From Arenicellales bacterium (lineage in GTDB: Bacteria > Pseudomonadota > Gammaproteobacteria > Arenicellales > JAHEKD01): a stretch of 64,000 bases of DNA. The translations under genes and the position numbers were made by a program. Positions within the stretch are counted from its first letter, which is position 1, and every line of letters begins with the position of its first letter. The stretch spans positions 270,762-334,761 of the forward strand of contig JANQSD010000019.1 in the NCBI GenBank assembly GCA_028284225.1. The letters are read 5' to 3'. Below are positions 49,430 through 58,975 of this stretch, piece by piece. Below the pieces are notes generated by a model, which was not told the origin of the DNA, searched no databases, and saw only the letters and a list, made by a program, of their open reading frames with translations.

Positions 49430-49514
49430 TTGTTTCCTCCTAGTGTTTGATGGTTTTGTTTCTCAGTTTAATACTTTCATAGGTTTAGGGTCAAATTTGC
49501 GCTTGGAGCAAAGT

Positions 49515-49536
49515 TATTTCGAATATTCTAGAAATA
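49515..49536. promoter_or_regulatory. Operator-like box 1: TATTTCGAATATTCTAGAAATA (upstream of arsR-like gene)
   Basis: Imperfect palindrome (TATTTC...GAAATA). Repeated 21/22 at 49903-49924. Confidence 0.5.
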
Positions 49537-49575
49537 TAGTTGATTTATTGTCTGTTTTGGAATATAGTCAGCATC

Positions 49576-49887
49576 ATGAAACTCAGCAATGAACAAGCGG
49601 CAGAAATTTTTACCCAATTAGGCAACGCTACGCGGCTTTGTATTATCAAGATTTTGGTTGAGGCAGGTGATGATGGATTAAAAGTGGGTGAAATTCAAAA
49701 AGAGTTGGGCACCCCAGGGTCAACTTTGTCGCATCACTTATTGCATTTACGTAATGCAGGTTTGATTGAACAATGCAGGGTAGGTAATGCATTGGTTTGT
49801 TCGGTGAATTATGAAAGGCTGAATCAGGCCATTGATTACCTTAAAGCTGAATGTTGTATTCGTGTTGATTTGCAAAAAGCAGGGTGA
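49576..49887 (+). CDS. ArsR/SmtB-family metalloregulator
   Basis: ATG at 49576 (the longer ORF starts with TTG at 49540, inside the operator box). wHTH 'VGEIQKELGTPGSTLSHHLLHLRNAGLI'. Vicinal Cys pair near the C-terminus ('KAECCIRV'). Confidence 0.8.
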   Translation: MKLSNEQAAEIFTQLGNATRLCIIKILVEAGDDGLKVGEIQKELGTPGSTLSHHLLHLRNAGLIEQCRVGNALVCSVNYERLNQAIDYLKAECCIRVDLQKAG

Positions 49888-49902
49888 GTTTTTTTGAATA
49901 TG

Positions 49903-49924
49903 TATTTCGATTATTCTAGAAATA
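49903..49924. promoter_or_regulatory. Operator-like box 2: TATTTCGATTATTCTAGAAATA (upstream of the permease)
   Basis: 21/22 identical to box 1. It ends 19 nt before the permease ATG. Confidence 0.5.
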
Positions 49925-49942
49925 AAGTAAAAGGTCTTTGAA

Positions 49943-50983
49943 ATGAGCGTCAAGACAATATTGTTAGAGTCAATTCCAGCGTCGTTTGGGTTTAAAATTG
50001 ATAAAGTCATTTTAGTGTTGTTATTGGCTTTATTGGCGTTAGCGTTGTTTAGCCCGGAGCAAGGCTTTGCAAGCTTGAAGTTTATGCTTGATGCCATTAT
50101 CAGTATTGCACCTTATTTTTTACTTGCCGTTGGACTGGCAGCCTCAATCAAAGCAAGTGGGGCGGATAAAATCATTGCCCGAGTATTCTCCGGCCATCCG
50201 ATAAAAACTATTATTATTGCATCAGTGTTTGGGGCTTTATCACCTTTTTGCTCCTGTGGTGTCATTCCATTAATCGCGTCACTGTTAGCGGCTGGTGTGC
50301 CGCTGGCGCCGGTGATGTCTTTCTGGATAGCTTCACCCATTATGGACCCGGAAATGTTTATTCTGACTACTGCGGGAATCAGTTTTGACTTCGCTTTAGC
50401 AAAAGCCGGGTTTGCTATAGCAATGGGGCTGTTAGCTGGATTTACAATAGTATTGGTTCAACGCTTTGGATTAATGCAAGAGGTACTATTGAATAAAATC
50501 TCGACCGGTTGCAGTTCAAGTTGTGAGCCTATTGCCGACACGAAAATACGATTTAAATTTTGGAATGACGACTTCAGGATGGTGTTGTTTAAATCCGAGT
50601 TTATTCAGACAAGCCTGTTTTTAGGTAAATGGTTAGCGTTGGCTTTTTTCATTGAGAGCCTGATGGTGGCTTATATTGAACCAAGCTGGATACAGGAATA
50701 TATCGGTGGTGAATCATTGTTGGTGGTTCCATTGGCGGCGTTAATTGGTATGCCTTCTTATTTAAATGGTTATGCAGCAATACCGCTGGTGGGTGGACTT
50801 ATTGATATGGGAATGTCGGGTGGCGCGGCTATGGCCTTTATGCTGACAGGCGCCGTGTCTTCTATTCCGGCAGCGATTGCAGTTTATGCCTTGGTTAGAA
50901 AGCCCGTTTTTATGATGTATTTGCTAATCGGATTATCAGGGTCAATCCTGTTTGGTTATGTTTATCAATACATGATTGTTTGA
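49943..50983 (+). CDS. ArsP/YraQ-type permease (UPF0718 family), putative thiophilic metal(loid) or organoarsenical efflux
   Basis: 346 aa polytopic protein. Intramembrane 'SPFCSCGVIPL' motif is typical of this permease family. Confidence 0.7.
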   Translation: MSVKTILLESIPASFGFKIDKVILVLLLALLALALFSPEQGFASLKFMLDAIISIAPYFLLAVGLAASIKASGADKIIARVFSGHPIKTIIIASVFGALSPFCSCGVIPLIASLLAAGVPLAPVMSFWIASPIMDPEMFILTTAGISFDFALAKAGFAIAMGLLAGFTIVLVQRFGLMQEVLLNKISTGCSSSCEPIADTKIRFKFWNDDFRMVLFKSEFIQTSLFLGKWLALAFFIESLMVAYIEPSWIQEYIGGESLLVVPLAALIGMPSYLNGYAAIPLVGGLIDMGMSGGAAMAFMLTGAVSSIPAAIAVYALVRKPVFMMYLLIGLSGSILFGYVYQYMIV

Positions 50984-51028
50984 CGAGTAACTCAAGCAAA
51001 GATACAGACTAGTCGAGTGATCTGTTTA

Positions 51029-52339
51029 CTATTGAGTATCACGAACATCACAGATCAGTAATAGCTCGTTTAGTGCTTCGAAACGCTTGGCATCATGTCC
51101 TGTAATATCGTAAATTTTCTGGAATCTGGAATAAATAGTATTAGGGTGAACCGACAAGACCGCACCGGCTTTAAGAATGTTCATGCTGGTTTTAGCATAA
51201 GCTCGCAGAGTGCTTGAAAGTGCGCCTTTGGATTTGTTATCGGCAAGATAAAAATGTTCTGCCCATTGTGGCAAGCTATGGCGCATTTGTTGTGCAGAAG
51301 ATTGTAGCAGCAGTTCGCGTATCGATAGCCTACAAGCCGATACCACTCGCCTTGTAGGCGTTGCTAGTTTTAATACTTGTATGGCTTGCTGATAAGCTTT
51401 GGGTATTTGTGAAGTCGATTGGATATCACTACTCACGCCTATATATGCCGCGTTACCAACCAAAGCCAATTGTTTACTAACTTGTTCAGCCAGTCCTTGA
51501 TGTGGTTCTGTCCAGCCCGACATTCGTTGTTGGTCAGAAAAGATAATAACAACTTTATTGTCGCGAACATCGACTAATTGATTTTGGGGTTGATTTCGAA
51601 AGAGCTTATCGATGCTATCAGCCATACGCCGGGCACGCTCATGGTTCAGCATTTCAGTCGGTTCAACTGATTGCGCAACAGCAACACAAAATAGTAATCC
51701 GTCTTCAAGGTAACCGGCTTCAAGCAAAAGGTTGGAAACTCGACCATCCGATTCATCGAATCCTCCCAGCAGAACAGAAAGTAACTCAGCGCGCTTATCG
51801 CCGGCAGCTGCAGTCATAATCCGTGTTTGCTCAATGTATGACTCAGTCGCTAATGTGCTGACGACATCAGTGTATTCAAGAATAAAATCATTTACAGCTG
51901 TGATGATATCGCTTGTTTTTAATTGATCAGTTGCATTTTGTATTAGAGTATCTCGCAAACGACGGCTATAGAACTTATGACAGATTCGGTAGGCATGGAG
52001 ACTGTTTTCAAGCGGGAAATATTGCCGAGCCAGCTGTTGATTGTATTTTCTTACAAAATCAAATTTACTCAATTGGCTGTTCGTTAGCATTTCCCAGATG
52101 ATTTCAGTGTGTCGGCAGATATGACTTTTAAGTTGTGGTTTAAGGTCTGGATTCCGGGAGGCTGTAAAAGCGGGAATTTCAGTGTTGATTGCCTGTATGA
52201 GTTCACGATTAGTCACCGCAGCTTTGATTTTAAGCGTGGCTTCTATTGCAGACAATGGCACGCATGCCTGGAGTTTGGACAGCGATTTGGCTAAATTGTT
52301 GCTGTAATAATCAAACATATTATTGTGTAGTTTACACAA
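51029..52339 (-). CDS. PucR/CdaR-like transcriptional regulator
   Basis: 436 aa. C-terminal HTH 'LRAYAKTSMNILKAGAVLSVHPNTIYSRFQKIYDITG' resembles PucR_C. Confidence 0.65.
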   Translation of the reverse strand: MCKLHNNMFDYYSNNLAKSLSKLQACVPLSAIEATLKIKAAVTNRELIQAINTEIPAFTASRNPDLKPQLKSHICRHTEIIWEMLTNSQLSKFDFVRKYNQQLARQYFPLENSLHAYRICHKFYSRRLRDTLIQNATDQLKTSDIITAVNDFILEYTDVVSTLATESYIEQTRIMTAAAGDKRAELLSVLLGGFDESDGRVSNLLLEAGYLEDGLLFCVAVAQSVEPTEMLNHERARRMADSIDKLFRNQPQNQLVDVRDNKVVIIFSDQQRMSGWTEPHQGLAEQVSKQLALVGNAAYIGVSSDIQSTSQIPKAYQQAIQVLKLATPTRRVVSACRLSIRELLLQSSAQQMRHSLPQWAEHFYLADNKSKGALSSTLRAYAKTSMNILKAGAVLSVHPNTIYSRFQKIYDITGHDAKRFEALNELLLICDVRDTQ

Positions 52340-52476
52340 TAAATTTTGCCAAAACTGATATCTATGCCCATTGCTATTGATAATTTGTGTGTGTAACCTA
52401 CATTTTCTCGTCGCGTGATGTATTTTGAAAAGCTTGTATATAAAAACTTAATGGTTAACTCTAGGAGAAATTTAAA

Positions 52477-52791
52477 ATGGCAAAATATTTATTCATCTAC
52501 CATGGCGGCAGTAAACCTGAATCAGAGCAGGACATAGCAGCGATAATGGATGCATGGGGCCAATGGTTTGGCTCAATGGGTAATGATGTGATTGACGGTG
52601 GTAATCCGGTGGGCATGTCGAGCACAGTACATAGTGACGGCTCAGTTGCCGATAACGGTGGCGCCAATCCGGCGAGCGGGTATAGTCTAATTGAAGCATC
52701 CGATCTTGAGGATGCGCTTGCTAAGGCTAAAAATTGTCCAATACTTCAGGCCGGCGGAAATGTTGAAGTGGCTGAAGCTATTGATATGTAA
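52477..52791 (+). CDS. YciI-like / DGPF-domain small protein
   Basis: 104 aa. 'MAKYLFIYHGG...W..WF' pattern. Confidence 0.5.
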   Translation: MAKYLFIYHGGSKPESEQDIAAIMDAWGQWFGSMGNDVIDGGNPVGMSSTVHSDGSVADNGGANPASGYSLIEASDLEDALAKAKNCPILQAGGNVEVAEAIDM

Positions 52792-52839
52792 TTGTATAGA
52801 CTTAGTCGATTATAAAGTTCTAAACAAGGTATACATCCG

Positions 52840-52859
52840 GGTGGCGATTTTTCGCCACC
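52840..52859. terminator. Hairpin terminator between convergent genes
   Basis: GGTGGCGA-TTTT-TCGCCACC, followed by a T-rich tract. Confidence 0.7.
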
Positions 52860-52872
52860 TACATTTTATTAG

Positions 52873-53754
52873 CTAAACCTCAGTTTTGACTTCTTCCCGA
52901 AGATTGTAAAAATTGCCCATGAAAATGATCAATGCACCGATAAGCAACCAAATATCTATAGCTTCAGAATATAAAATAAAACCGACCAGGGCAATTAATG
53001 GCACGCGCAAGAAATCAATCGGCTGAATAAACATAATGTCGGCATGCTGGACGGCCTTGGTAATACCAAGATGTGCAGTTAAGCCACAGATGCTCACCAG
53101 CAAAAACCAAATATAAGCGCCCGGCTCAATAGGTGTCCAACTGAATAGAGCAGGGATTAACCCCAACGGCATCTGAATTAAACAAAAATAGAACAATATC
53201 GTTGCAGTATTGTCGACATTGCTGAGCTGTTTAACCAAAATTATCGAGCAGGCGAAAAACAACGCCGAAATAATGACCAGCATGGAAGCAGATTGAAAAA
53301 TATCAACGCCTGGTTTCACTATCATTAATAAACCCATGAAACCACAGATCAATGCAATTTGCCTGGCAAAAGTAAGGCGCTCACCCAGAAATAACCAGGC
53401 CAGCAAAGCGGCCCAGGCAGGTGCAGTAAATTCCAGCGCAAAGACTTCAGCCAATGGCAGTAAACCTATGCCGATAACCCAAAGATATTGACCGCCAAAA
53501 TGAAAGCAATTTCGAAGAATCTGTTTTTTGGGCGCTTGACTAAAAAACCATTTTCGATCGTTATTTAAAATAACAAGCCCCAGCAGAACTGTACCGAATA
53601 AGCTGCGAACACCAAGTATTTGATAAGCTGAATAATTCCCACTAAGTTGACGCACAGCGATTGCCAGACAAATAAACGATAAAAGCCCGAAGCACATCCA
53701 TAATGTCGCCTTTATAGGATTATTGTTGGTTGCTAGCATGGGGAGGGGAAACAA
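52873..53754 (-). CDS. DMT-superfamily (EamA-like) transporter
   Basis: 293 aa with 10 predicted TM segments. Confidence 0.75.
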   Translation of the reverse strand: MFPLPMLATNNNPIKATLWMCFGLLSFICLAIAVRQLSGNYSAYQILGVRSLFGTVLLGLVILNNDRKWFFSQAPKKQILRNCFHFGGQYLWVIGIGLLPLAEVFALEFTAPAWAALLAWLFLGERLTFARQIALICGFMGLLMIVKPGVDIFQSASMLVIISALFFACSIILVKQLSNVDNTATILFYFCLIQMPLGLIPALFSWTPIEPGAYIWFLLVSICGLTAHLGITKAVQHADIMFIQPIDFLRVPLIALVGFILYSEAIDIWLLIGALIIFMGNFYNLREEVKTEV

Positions 53755-53898
53755 TTCAGAGTTCGACAGTTCGGGTTAGCTTTGATCTTATTCACCGGGA
53801 AATGAAACGGGCTTCAAGCAAAACCCAGTTTAACGGCATCACTCAACTCTGATAAGCCTGCCTTCGAATTGTGCCAGTTGGGTTAAAAACATCGTACC

Positions 53899-55638
53899 TT
53901 AATCACCCAAGTTCTTTTCTATTGCATCAAGGAAACCATACATATCAACCAGTTGCTCTGAATCAGGGTCACTGGTTTTACCGCGTATGTCACCGGTGAT
54001 AATGCCCTGATCGACAGTATCAATTAATGCGCATTTGAGTTTATGAGAATAATCAATCAGTGGCTGATTACTTTCGCGGTTGCCGAGTGTTTCCAGGGCA
54101 TTGGCGAGTGCATAGATGAGTGCTGATGAATTGAAATTTGCCTCTTGGCCGTCTGTTTCCAGGTAACGCAAGTATAGATCATGTGCTGTCCCATGCGGCG
54201 CCTCGTAGAGCATGGTGCCATCTTTGCTCTCGATGATTGAGCTTGCAGTTGCCAGGCTGCCGCCTAGTGCTGCAGAGATGTCAGAAAATATATCACCATC
54301 CAGATTCTGCGCCGGATACAGTGCATTGCGCGGTGGATCTGTGATCATTTTTCGTAGCTGCCTCGAAGGGCGCATGATCATGAATGACGGCGGTGGGGTG
54401 GCTGCTTTGGCTAAGCGTGCTCTAACTTCATTGATGGCATAACTGAATACTTCATCGTATTCCATGTATTCGCGCTTCAGCCCAAAATAAACTTCCTTAT
54501 CCTTGATGGAGGCATCACGAAAAACCTGGGTAATCCAGTCAGTGATGGCCTCCAGGTCGTTAGACATGAATAACAGCGGGTCGCCTTGCTTAACCTCACG
54601 GGCGTGTTTTTCTTCACCATCAACGATGACTTTAATAATACCGTCTTCTTCCATGGGCGCATTGTAGCTGCCATATTGATCGCCGCCGCCGGCGCTCATG
54701 CGAGAAATAGACACATGATATTTTCGTTTAGGGATACCGTATTTTTTCAATTCACGTACGAGTTTGAATAATTTACGTCCGGTGTTATTGTCAGGCACAC
54801 CCCATAGCGCACGTTCAGGTGGGTTGGCCACGATTCTGGCTGCCTGTGCATCAATCAGTTCATAGTGATATGACAGGCCTAATTCTTCCACTTTAGCCTG
54901 ATAATCAGCTTCATAAATATCTTCAATGGCTTTGCGCATAGTGCCATCGTAACCGGCAATCACCGTATCTTTTAGTCCCAAATAAATATCACGCTTTTCG
55001 TCGATTGCACGTTGAAAAAAGCTATGAGCCCATTTTTTTACTTCCTCGATGCTGTTGGTGGCAATCAACCAGGGATCACCACGCTTGATAAAGCGACGGT
55101 GAAGTTCAATCGGATCACCGCTGGAGCCGACAAACATCACTTTGATCACGCCGGTTGATTTGGATAACTCATTAAAGCTGTTTTTTATACCGCCATTCTC
55201 CATGGTATCGACTTCAATATCACGGCCGATCCATCCGGGGCGTTTGACTTCCAGATTGCGAAATTCAATATCCTCACGGGTTATGTTGCCACCAATGCCT
55301 TTGCGAATTGCTCCATTTGGTGACTTGGTTGCCAACCGATGCAGCTCTGATTCCTTAACATTGGGGTGTTTGGTTAATAATTCATCCAGTTGATCGCGGT
55401 TAACCGTCATGCCGGCATTTTTAATACCGACACCATGCTGTTTTAGTGCTTCGATAGCATCAAGCACAGCTTGCCCATTTGTCAGCAGGCGATTTTCCGC
55501 CGTTAAATCAATTTCCACTAAATTGATATCAAGACGTTTGCTAATAAATTGCTCAATGATCCTGGTGAAAGCAATTTGCGCCATTTCGTCACCGTGTAAT
55601 ATGACCAGGGGCTTTTCAACTTTTATTTTTTCGATCAT
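53899..55638 (-). CDS. Isocitrate-dehydrogenase-family protein, atypical 579-aa form with an internal duplication
   Basis: N-terminus 'LHGDEMAQIAF...HGVGIKNAGMT...KSPNGAIRKGIGGNITRE' and C-terminus 'NLDGDIFSDISAA...EAPHGTAHD' align with eukaryotic-type NADP-IDH (human IDH1 from memory). The middle carries two paralogous segments. Confidence 0.7.
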   Translation of the reverse strand: MIEKIKVEKPLVILHGDEMAQIAFTRIIEQFISKRLDINLVEIDLTAENRLLTNGQAVLDAIEALKQHGVGIKNAGMTVNRDQLDELLTKHPNVKESELHRLATKSPNGAIRKGIGGNITREDIEFRNLEVKRPGWIGRDIEVDTMENGGIKNSFNELSKSTGVIKVMFVGSSGDPIELHRRFIKRGDPWLIATNSIEEVKKWAHSFFQRAIDEKRDIYLGLKDTVIAGYDGTMRKAIEDIYEADYQAKVEELGLSYHYELIDAQAARIVANPPERALWGVPDNNTGRKLFKLVRELKKYGIPKRKYHVSISRMSAGGGDQYGSYNAPMEEDGIIKVIVDGEEKHAREVKQGDPLLFMSNDLEAITDWITQVFRDASIKDKEVYFGLKREYMEYDEVFSYAINEVRARLAKAATPPPSFMIMRPSRQLRKMITDPPRNALYPAQNLDGDIFSDISAALGGSLATASSIIESKDGTMLYEAPHGTAHDLYLRYLETDGQEANFNSSALIYALANALETLGNRESNQPLIDYSHKLKCALIDTVDQGIITGDIRGKTSDPDSEQLVDMYGFLDAIEKNLGD

Positions 55639-55949
55639 TGTGTCTCCAACTGGATAAGCTTGATTAGATTGCCGCTAGTTTAGGCAAGATTAAGGTCGGT
55701 ATCAAATCCTTATACCCGACGGCCACTATTTTTAGCCATTCAAGGTGGCCGAGAAATTTAGTATCTATGCTTATCGACAATAACTCAGGAGCCTCTGAAA
55801 AGCACCATTTTGTCACTCTCGCGTAGGAACGTCATCCTCGACTACGATCGGGGACAAGAGTCCAGGGAATTAACAAGTAATAGTCTCTTGCTTTCGCTGA
55901 AATGAACTTAATCAGGGTTTCTCTAAATTACAACGAATTAGGATCAATC

Positions 55950-57268
55950 ATGAGTCAAAGCATTAAATTCAAACAACCGACACCTAAAACATGGCTAATG
56001 AACCTGTTAACGCCGTTTAATAAAATATTCTTCTTAAAAGGTGTGCCAGTGCTCAGGGATGTCCCTGGGTTAAATGCAATCCCCGGAATTCGTGGATTAG
56101 CCCGGGTTCGAAATATAGACTTCCCGTTAGCTGAACAAGAAAAATTAAAACATATCAGCGGCAAAAATAACGCAACATTCTTCTTGCCTAATCATCCGGA
56201 ATTTTTTACCGACTGGATGCTGGATAAATATGTACAGTCCAAAGTTGCGCCTAAGTCAGCGGCCTGGGCCACTGCTGCTATCGTCAATGGCATGGGTAGA
56301 AGAATGCAAACATTCTGGCTTAATAATAATCTGATTGCGCAAGTGCCCGGACAATCAAAGCTCGGCAAAGAATATTCAGTCAAAGCGGCCAACAGGGTGA
56401 GGGTGTTTTTCTTCATCCGGAAGGGCAGGTCAGTTGGTATGGTAATCATATTTCACCGTTATTTTCAGGTGCCGCAGCAATGGCGATTCAGGCTTGCCAA
56501 TCAGCCAGAGATAAAGGTAACGAGATCAGTTCATGGTTAGCACCAATTATCTGGAAGCTCCGATTTGACAGTGATGTGCGATCTAAGCTGCTCAAAGAAT
56601 GTGAATATGTTGAAGCCCGCCTGGGCATTAGTGACCTGGTTAGCAATTGTGCAGCTCAACGGGTGTATCAGATATATCTGAACCTGGCTAAACGTGATTA
56701 TTATCAAACGATCCAGGCTGATGACTGTTTTGCTGATATGCCCCTGCGAGAACTTCATGACCGAATACTTGATAAGTCAAAATCCCAACTCGTTAGTATT
56801 ATCAATATTAAGGAAAATAATCACCAGGCCGTTTTACGCAAGACCCGTCAATGGTTGCGTCAGAATGAAACCCATAACGAGAATCAATCAGTAAAGTCAC
56901 TGTTGAAAATCTATCGACGCTGGTTACGGCTTAATGATTGCAGTTTTAGCTCCGAAACGATTAGCCAGGAGCAAATTGCAGAGCACATAAAGCGCATCCG
57001 GTGTGATTTTTGTCAGGGAAGTTTACGTGATCGGATTAATGCCTTTGTACCGCAAGCTGCCGGGCCGCGTACCGCACATATCCGTGCTGTTGAACCGATA
57101 GCCGTTCATGACGTGCTGCAAGATCAATCCGCACCTGATCCAGCAAACATAATGCAACAGGTCAGAGATTCAATGCAGCAAAAGTTAGATGCACTTAATA
57201 ATGAATTAGAGCAAAGGTTTAATCCAATTAAGGTATTTAACCCGTTTTACTTAACTCATGCAGGATAA
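55950..57268 (+). pseudogene. Lysophospholipid/glycerol-phosphate acyltransferase-family gene interrupted by a frameshift near 56391-56400
   Basis: Frame 0 encodes motif I 'NHPEFFTD'. Motif III 'VFLHPEGQVSW' continues in the -1 frame (open from at least 56339). A single missing base around 'AAC AGG GTG' would restore 'NQGEGVFLHPEG'. Confidence 0.7.
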
Positions 57269-57332
57269 ATGATCAAAATAAAAACTCAATCTGTTCGTAT
57301 CTAAAGTGACATAGTATAAAAAGGAACTTTGA

Positions 57333-57581
57333 CTAAGCGTGACTCGTTTCTGAGTTTGTTTTATTAGTGGTTAAGCGGTGGCGGTTTGTGACCATGTCGT
57401 CATGTAGCTTTGTGATTATGCTGCTGCCTGTTTTAACAAAAAGAAAAGGAAACAGTGCGTGTATTAGACAGGCGACACTGCCGATCGCCATGGTGAAGGA
57501 AAACCGACAGGCATGCATTAGGTGCTGAAAGTAAGTTTCGTTGACGCTGTCTAAATGTTCATTCAAGAAGTTCATGTTCAA
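57333..57581 (-). CDS. Small membrane protein of unknown function
   Basis: 82-aa ORF with one or two hydrophobic helices. Divergent from the Lrp-family gene. Confidence 0.45.
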   Translation of the reverse strand: MNMNFLNEHLDSVNETYFQHLMHACRFSFTMAIGSVACLIHALFPFLFVKTGSSIITKLHDDMVTNRHRLTTNKTNSETSHA

Positions 57582-57700
57582 TACTCATGTGTTGTATATG
57601 AAATAGTATGCCGTTTTTTGTCGGTGAGTTTGTTCTAAAGATTGCTATAATTAAAATTATTTTAGTATAAAATACTAATAATTTACTTTTTATTAGCACG

Positions 57701-58153
57701 ATGGATAAAATAGATATTGAAATATTGGAATGCCTTCAGGAAGACGCCAGCCTTAGCAGTAGTGAAATTGCTGAAAAGGTCAACTTAAGTAAAACACCCT
57801 GTTGGCGCCGGATTCAGATGCTGGAAAAGTCGGGTATCATTAAAAAAAGAGTAGCACTGCTGGACAGGGAGAAATTGAACCGTAATGTCGATGTGTTTGT
57901 ATCGATTCGAACCAGTCAACATAATGCCAAATGGTTTAAGGCATTTTCAAACGTCGTTAATGACTTCCCGGAAGTGGTGGAATTTTATCGAATGAGCGGT
58001 GATGTTGATTATTTAATGCGAGTTGTGGTGGTGGATATGAAGGCGTATGACCGTTTTTATCAAAGACTGATCGAAAAGATTGATATCTCTAATGTCAGTT
58101 CAAACTTTGCTATGGAACAACTTAAATACACAACCTCGATTCCACTACGATGA
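57701..58153 (+). CDS. Lrp/AsnC-family transcriptional regulator
   Basis: 150 aa. 'DKIDIEILECLQEDASLSSSEIAEKVNLSKTPCWRRIQMLEKSGII'. Confidence 0.9.
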   Translation: MDKIDIEILECLQEDASLSSSEIAEKVNLSKTPCWRRIQMLEKSGIIKKRVALLDREKLNRNVDVFVSIRTSQHNAKWFKAFSNVVNDFPEVVEFYRMSGDVDYLMRVVVVDMKAYDRFYQRLIEKIDISNVSSNFAMEQLKYTTSIPLR

Positions 58154-58248
58154 TCATTAGTCAGGTTTTATGGATTGCTTCCTCGAATTTCGCTTTTTGT
58201 GCTCTTTGAGTGTTCAATGACACGGCAATATCTTCTTCAAAGCGCATC

Positions 58249-58276
58249 GTCATCCCGAGCTTGTCGAGGGATCTCC
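58249..58276. repeat. Family-A REP-like unit
   Basis: GTCATCCCGAGCTTGTCGAGGGATCTCC. Confidence 0.75.
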
Positions 58277-58325
58277 CTATCGCTGATCAGACCTTTAAAA
58301 ATTGCCACACTAAGTTTATGTTCGT

Positions 58326-58889
58326 ATGGGTGCCCATAATGCCTACAAGAGAGTAAACTGGGTTTATTTGCCTGATAAAAAAGATGAGTATCTTGGACAT
58401 CAAATGAAGTATAGACTTAAGCAAGGCACAGCAAAAAAACTGCGTGAGCAATACTATTTGATCATTCTGTTTTGGAGTGTGATTTGGGGCTTAATGGCGG
58501 TTTTATTTTATGCTGATGAAAATCCGCAGACGTTTTTGATTTACTTAGGCTTGTCCATAGTTGCTCTGCCGTATTTATGGTTGAAAAAAATTAAACCTTA
58601 TTTCGAGGCACTCAGTAGCAATGTAGAAGATGTATATCTGGAATTTAAAAATGATCTGATTGTTTTCAACCATTTTGAGAATTTTAAAAAGTTCAGTCAG
58701 CAACGAATTGAGTTCAAAGTGACTGATATTGTTCATGTTAAAAAAGCATTTCGTAAAGATGATAGTGCTAACAAAATAACCTTAACACTCAACGACAAAA
58801 CTAAACTACAACTTGAAGATTTCGAGAATATGGATGAACTACTGGAAACTATTTTTTCAAAATCAGAAACTTTAAGCGCTCATCTATAG
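58326..58889 (+). CDS. Hypothetical membrane protein (two TM helices plus a small soluble C-terminal domain)
   Basis: 187-aa ORF with hydrophobic hairpin 'YYLIILFWSVIWGLMAVLFY...FLIYLGLSIVALPYLW'. The start is uncertain (alternative ATG at 58404). Confidence 0.5.
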   Translation: MGAHNAYKRVNWVYLPDKKDEYLGHQMKYRLKQGTAKKLREQYYLIILFWSVIWGLMAVLFYADENPQTFLIYLGLSIVALPYLWLKKIKPYFEALSSNVEDVYLEFKNDLIVFNHFENFKKFSQQRIEFKVTDIVHVKKAFRKDDSANKITLTLNDKTKLQLEDFENMDELLETIFSKSETLSAHL

Positions 58890-58975
58890 TCAGGTGGGAA
58901 CTCTAAAGAGTACCGGATTCGAAATCCTAGTCCACAATGACGAGGTTCGTTTTATCCTTTGAAGAAATAGTTAGT

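Noticed and set aside
58900-58945. tRNA-like T-arm ('CCGGATTCGAAATCCTAG...CCACA') suggesting a tRNA or tRNA-fragment att site.
   Set aside because: The putative T-stem does not pair (CCGGA/TCCTA). No acceptor, D or anticodon arms can be built, and there is no integrase nearby.
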